DNA of 25,901 bases from Candidatus Hodarchaeota archaeon (GTDB lineage Archaea > Asgardarchaeota > Heimdallarchaeia > Hodarchaeales > Hodarchaeaceae): the NCBI GenBank assembly GCA_029856365.1, contig JAHQWW010000046.1, positions 1-25,901 of the forward strand. Direction: 5' to 3'. Below the pieces are notes generated by a model, which had not been told where the DNA came from, ran no database searches, and worked only from the letters and a program-made list of their open reading frames with translations. The position numbers and the translations under genes are program-made. Shown here in pieces: positions 25,835 through 25,901 of this stretch; the stretch's first letter is position 1; every line of letters starts with the position of its first letter.

Positions 25835-25901
25835 ATGTCAGTGCAATATTTAGAAGGAGCTGAACCATTTTTTATTGAGGGGTCTAATATTGGATATTTA
25901 T
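25835..25901 (+). CDS. N-terminus of a carboxylesterase/monoacylglycerol lipase-like alpha/beta hydrolase, truncated by the window end
   Basis: MSVQYLEGAEPFFIEGSNIGYL; GAEPF is typical of the N-terminus of Est30/MGL-type esterases; GGAG upstream. Only 22 codons visible. Confidence 0.6.
   Translation, partial: MSVQYLEGAEPFFIEGSNIGYL

Overview
AT-rich, gene-dense archaeal chromosomal window. An archaeal DGGGP-synthase-like UbiA gene, a thiolase-fold/DUF35 pair, DUF355, zinc-ribbon appendages and a roadblock-like protein suggest Asgard archaea; this assignment is inference. I see no rRNA, tRNA, CRISPR array, integrase or transposase. Gene order: nitroreductase (-); MTA/SAH-deaminase-like amidohydrolase and membrane M28 peptidase (+); PadR, HAAS-RDD, zinc-ribbon ABC ATPase and double MacB/FtsX permease, then DUF355 (+); a tight minus-strand four-gene unit of GK5-like glycerol kinase, PglX-like N6-adenine methyltransferase, DGGGP synthase-like UbiA and CPBP protease with a duplicated zinc ribbon; divergently, a Cys-less thiolase-fold protein, DUF35 and acetoacetyl-CoA synthetase (+); an ArsB/NhaD-type transporter and a roadblock-like coiled-coil protein (-); a YkgJ Cys-cluster protein, a frameshifted ferredoxin and its intact tandem paralogue, a catalytically degenerate endonuclease V, and two alpha/beta hydrolases (+). 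The strongest leads are (1) the eukaryote-like GK5 kinase apparently co-transcribed with an ether-lipid prenyltransferase and an orphan BREX-type methylase, (2) an EndoV with all catalytic residues replaced but recognition motifs kept, (3) apparent CTG and ATT start codons, (4) the Cys-less thiolase module, and (5) the transporter-roadblock pair. All family calls come from motif recognition only; no searches were run.
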